Source of the DNA: an uncultured Planctomycetia bacterium
GTDB taxonomy: Bacteria; Omnitrophota; Gorgyraeia; VGKH01; JBHPFN01
NCBI GenBank assembly: GCA_964406665.1
Contig: CAYOSQ010000001.1
Coordinates: 71,412 to 135,411 of the forward strand
Length of the DNA stretch: 64,000 nt
Direction: 5' to 3'
Shown: positions 62,489 to 64,000 of the stretch, in pieces
How the letters are laid out: every line of letters begins with the position of its first letter
Numbering within the stretch: the first letter of the stretch is position 1
Translations under genes and position numbers: made by a program
The notes under the pieces: model-generated
What the model was told of the DNA's origin: nothing
The model's input: the letters and a program-made list of their open reading frames with translations, nothing else
The model's database searches: none

Positions 62489-63645
62489 TTAAAAAAAGTA
62501 TAAAACAATTAGTGGTGCCAGTTAAGTTTTCCCACTCTGCACTGGCTTGCGGTTCGGATTTAAAAAACACCTTCTGTTTTGCTAGAGGGAAATCTTTATT
62601 TATGAGTGAGAATAATGGAGATTTGGAGGATCTGAGTAATTTTTCTAAATATGAAGGAAACATTTGTTCTGCTGAAAAAAAGTTTAAGGTGGCCCCGAAA
62701 TTTATAATATATGATTTACATCCTGAATACTGGTCGGCAAAATTTGCGTCTGCAAAACTGAAAAATAATTCTAGGCTTACCGGAATACCTATACAGCACC
62801 ATCATGCTCACATAGCTTCTGGTATGTGGGATAATAATTTGACTTCAAAAGTTATTGGTGTTAGTTTCGATGGAACCGGTTATGGATTTGATGGAAATAT
62901 ATGGGGAGGGGAGTTTTTTGTTGGAGGATATAACAATTTCCGCAGAGTAGCGCATCTAAAGAATATGATGGTTCCTGGTGGAAAGCAGGCAATAATTGAG
63001 CCATGGCGCATGGCATTTTCCTGGCTGTATTCTATTTATAAAGACGATATCTGGAATTTAAAGATAGATTTTATCAAGAAACTAAACAGAAAAAATGGTC
63101 GCTTGATTACTCAAATGATTGATAAGGAAATTAACTGTCCAAAAACTTCAAGCGCAGGAAGATTGTTTGATGCTGTTTCTGCACTCCTGGGTATCAGAAA
63201 TAAAGTTTTGTTTGAGGCTCAGGCGGCAATAGAGCTGGAAAAAGCAGCTGCGAAAGCCAAGATTTTCCTACAGAAGGCATATAGCTATGAAATAAAGTCA
63301 GGAGATTGCATGGTAATCAACCCGGCTGGAATCTTTAGAGATATAGTGGCAGATTTGAACCGCAAGGTGTCTTTAGAAAACATCGCCTACAGATTTCATT
63401 ATACTGTTGCCCAGATTATAAAAGATACATGCTTAAGATTGCGCAAAAAATACAAAATAAATAATGTAGTGTTAAGCGGGGGAGTTTTTCAAAATAAGAT
63501 TTTGAGAAATTTAACTAATGAATTAATGCAAAAAGATAAATTTAGTGTTTACTCTCATAATAGAATTTCCACAACAGATTCTGGTATAAGCGTTGGACAG
63601 TTAATGATCGCCAGACAGCGCATTAATAGAAAGGTAAGAAAATAA
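62485..63645 (+). CDS. hypF: standalone HypF C-terminal (Kae1/YgjD-like carbamoyltransferase) domain protein, lacking the acylphosphatase/Zn-finger/YrdC N-terminal domains
   Basis: ACGSDLKNTFCFARG..., IQHHHAHIASG and GVSFDGTGYGFDGNIWGGEFF motifs; followed by hypC and hypD. Confidence 0.6.
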   Translation: MIKKSIKQLVVPVKFSHSALACGSDLKNTFCFARGKSLFMSENNGDLEDLSNFSKYEGNICSAEKKFKVAPKFIIYDLHPEYWSAKFASAKLKNNSRLTGIPIQHHHAHIASGMWDNNLTSKVIGVSFDGTGYGFDGNIWGGEFFVGGYNNFRRVAHLKNMMVPGGKQAIIEPWRMAFSWLYSIYKDDIWNLKIDFIKKLNRKNGRLITQMIDKEINCPKTSSAGRLFDAVSALLGIRNKVLFEAQAAIELEKAAAKAKIFLQKAYSYEIKSGDCMVINPAGIFRDIVADLNRKVSLENIAYRFHYTVAQIIKDTCLRLRKKYKINNVVLSGGVFQNKILRNLTNELMQKDKFSVYSHNRISTTDSGISVGQLMIARQRINRKVRK

Positions 63646-63846
63646 ATGTGTTTAGCAATACCCATGAAGATAGTTAAAATAGAGGGTGATTTTGCCACTG
63701 TTTCCGTCGCAGGTGTAAAGCGCCGAGCTAATATCCATCTGGTTCCTAATCCTAAAATCGGAGATTATATTATTGTTCATGCAGGTTTTGGGATACAGAA
63801 ATTGAATGAAAAAGAAGCGAAGAAAACCCTTAAATTATTCAAATGA
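63646..63846 (+). CDS. hypC: hydrogenase maturation factor HypC
   Basis: MCLAIPMKIV N-terminus. Confidence 0.8.
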   Translation: MCLAIPMKIVKIEGDFATVSVAGVKRRANIHLVPNPKIGDYIIVHAGFGIQKLNEKEAKKTLKLFK

Positions 63847-64000
63847 AATATATTGATGAATTCAGAAATAAATCGGCAGCGAGAAAGATCATAAAAAAGA
63901 TCTATAAAATTACTCCAGAAGATTTTAGGATTAATCTTATGGAAGTTTGCGGTACGCACACAAATAGCTTTTTTCGCTACGGATTGAATAATCTTCTGCC
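63844..64000 (+). CDS. hypD: hydrogenase maturation factor HypD (5' partial; runs off the window)
   Basis: MKYIDEFRNKSAARK...MEVCGTHT. Confidence 0.6.

Overview
This window looks like a bacterial chromosomal origin region with housekeeping operons on both sides, overall AT-rich. The order of the main features is as follows. On the minus strand: rplT-rpmI-infC-thrS; three tRNAs (Val-GAC, Leu-TAA, Cys-GCA); coaC-rpoZ-gmk-yicC; ndk-like; parB-parA; a Jag-N-only ORF; yidC-yidD-rpmH with no rnpA. On the plus strand: the dnaA-dnaN-(DUF721/DciA-like)-gyrB-gyrA core and tRNA-Glu; a four-gene secreted/cell-surface cluster that looks like an archaic SCPU-type chaperone-usher system; glmS-rsmI; two large type-IV-pilin-like genes, one carrying a Hint/BIL domain; a pyr operon (pyrR-B-C...pyrK...pyrD-F) interrupted by unrelated genes; an F-type ATP synthase operon with unusual order (atpC first, AtpZ/AtpI, and a c-subunit paralog lacking the carboxylate); a giant secreted M36-like metalloprotease/FG-GAP/ASPIC protein flanked by tRNA-Val and tRNA-Asp fragments; tRNA-Val(TAC) and tRNA-Asp; an HD-GYP c-di-GMP phosphodiesterase; pabB/pabC; and a standalone HypF C-terminal domain gene followed by hypC and partial hypD. 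The most striking non-coding signals are three candidate c-di-GMP-I (GEMM) riboswitches. Two sit in tandem on the minus strand upstream of a small secreted-protein gene, and one sits on the plus strand upstream of the giant protease gene; each is followed by a terminator-like hairpin. Together with the HD-GYP gene and the pilus/adhesin loci, this suggests a c-di-GMP-controlled surface/secretion regulon. Neither a CRISPR array nor a transposase was found.
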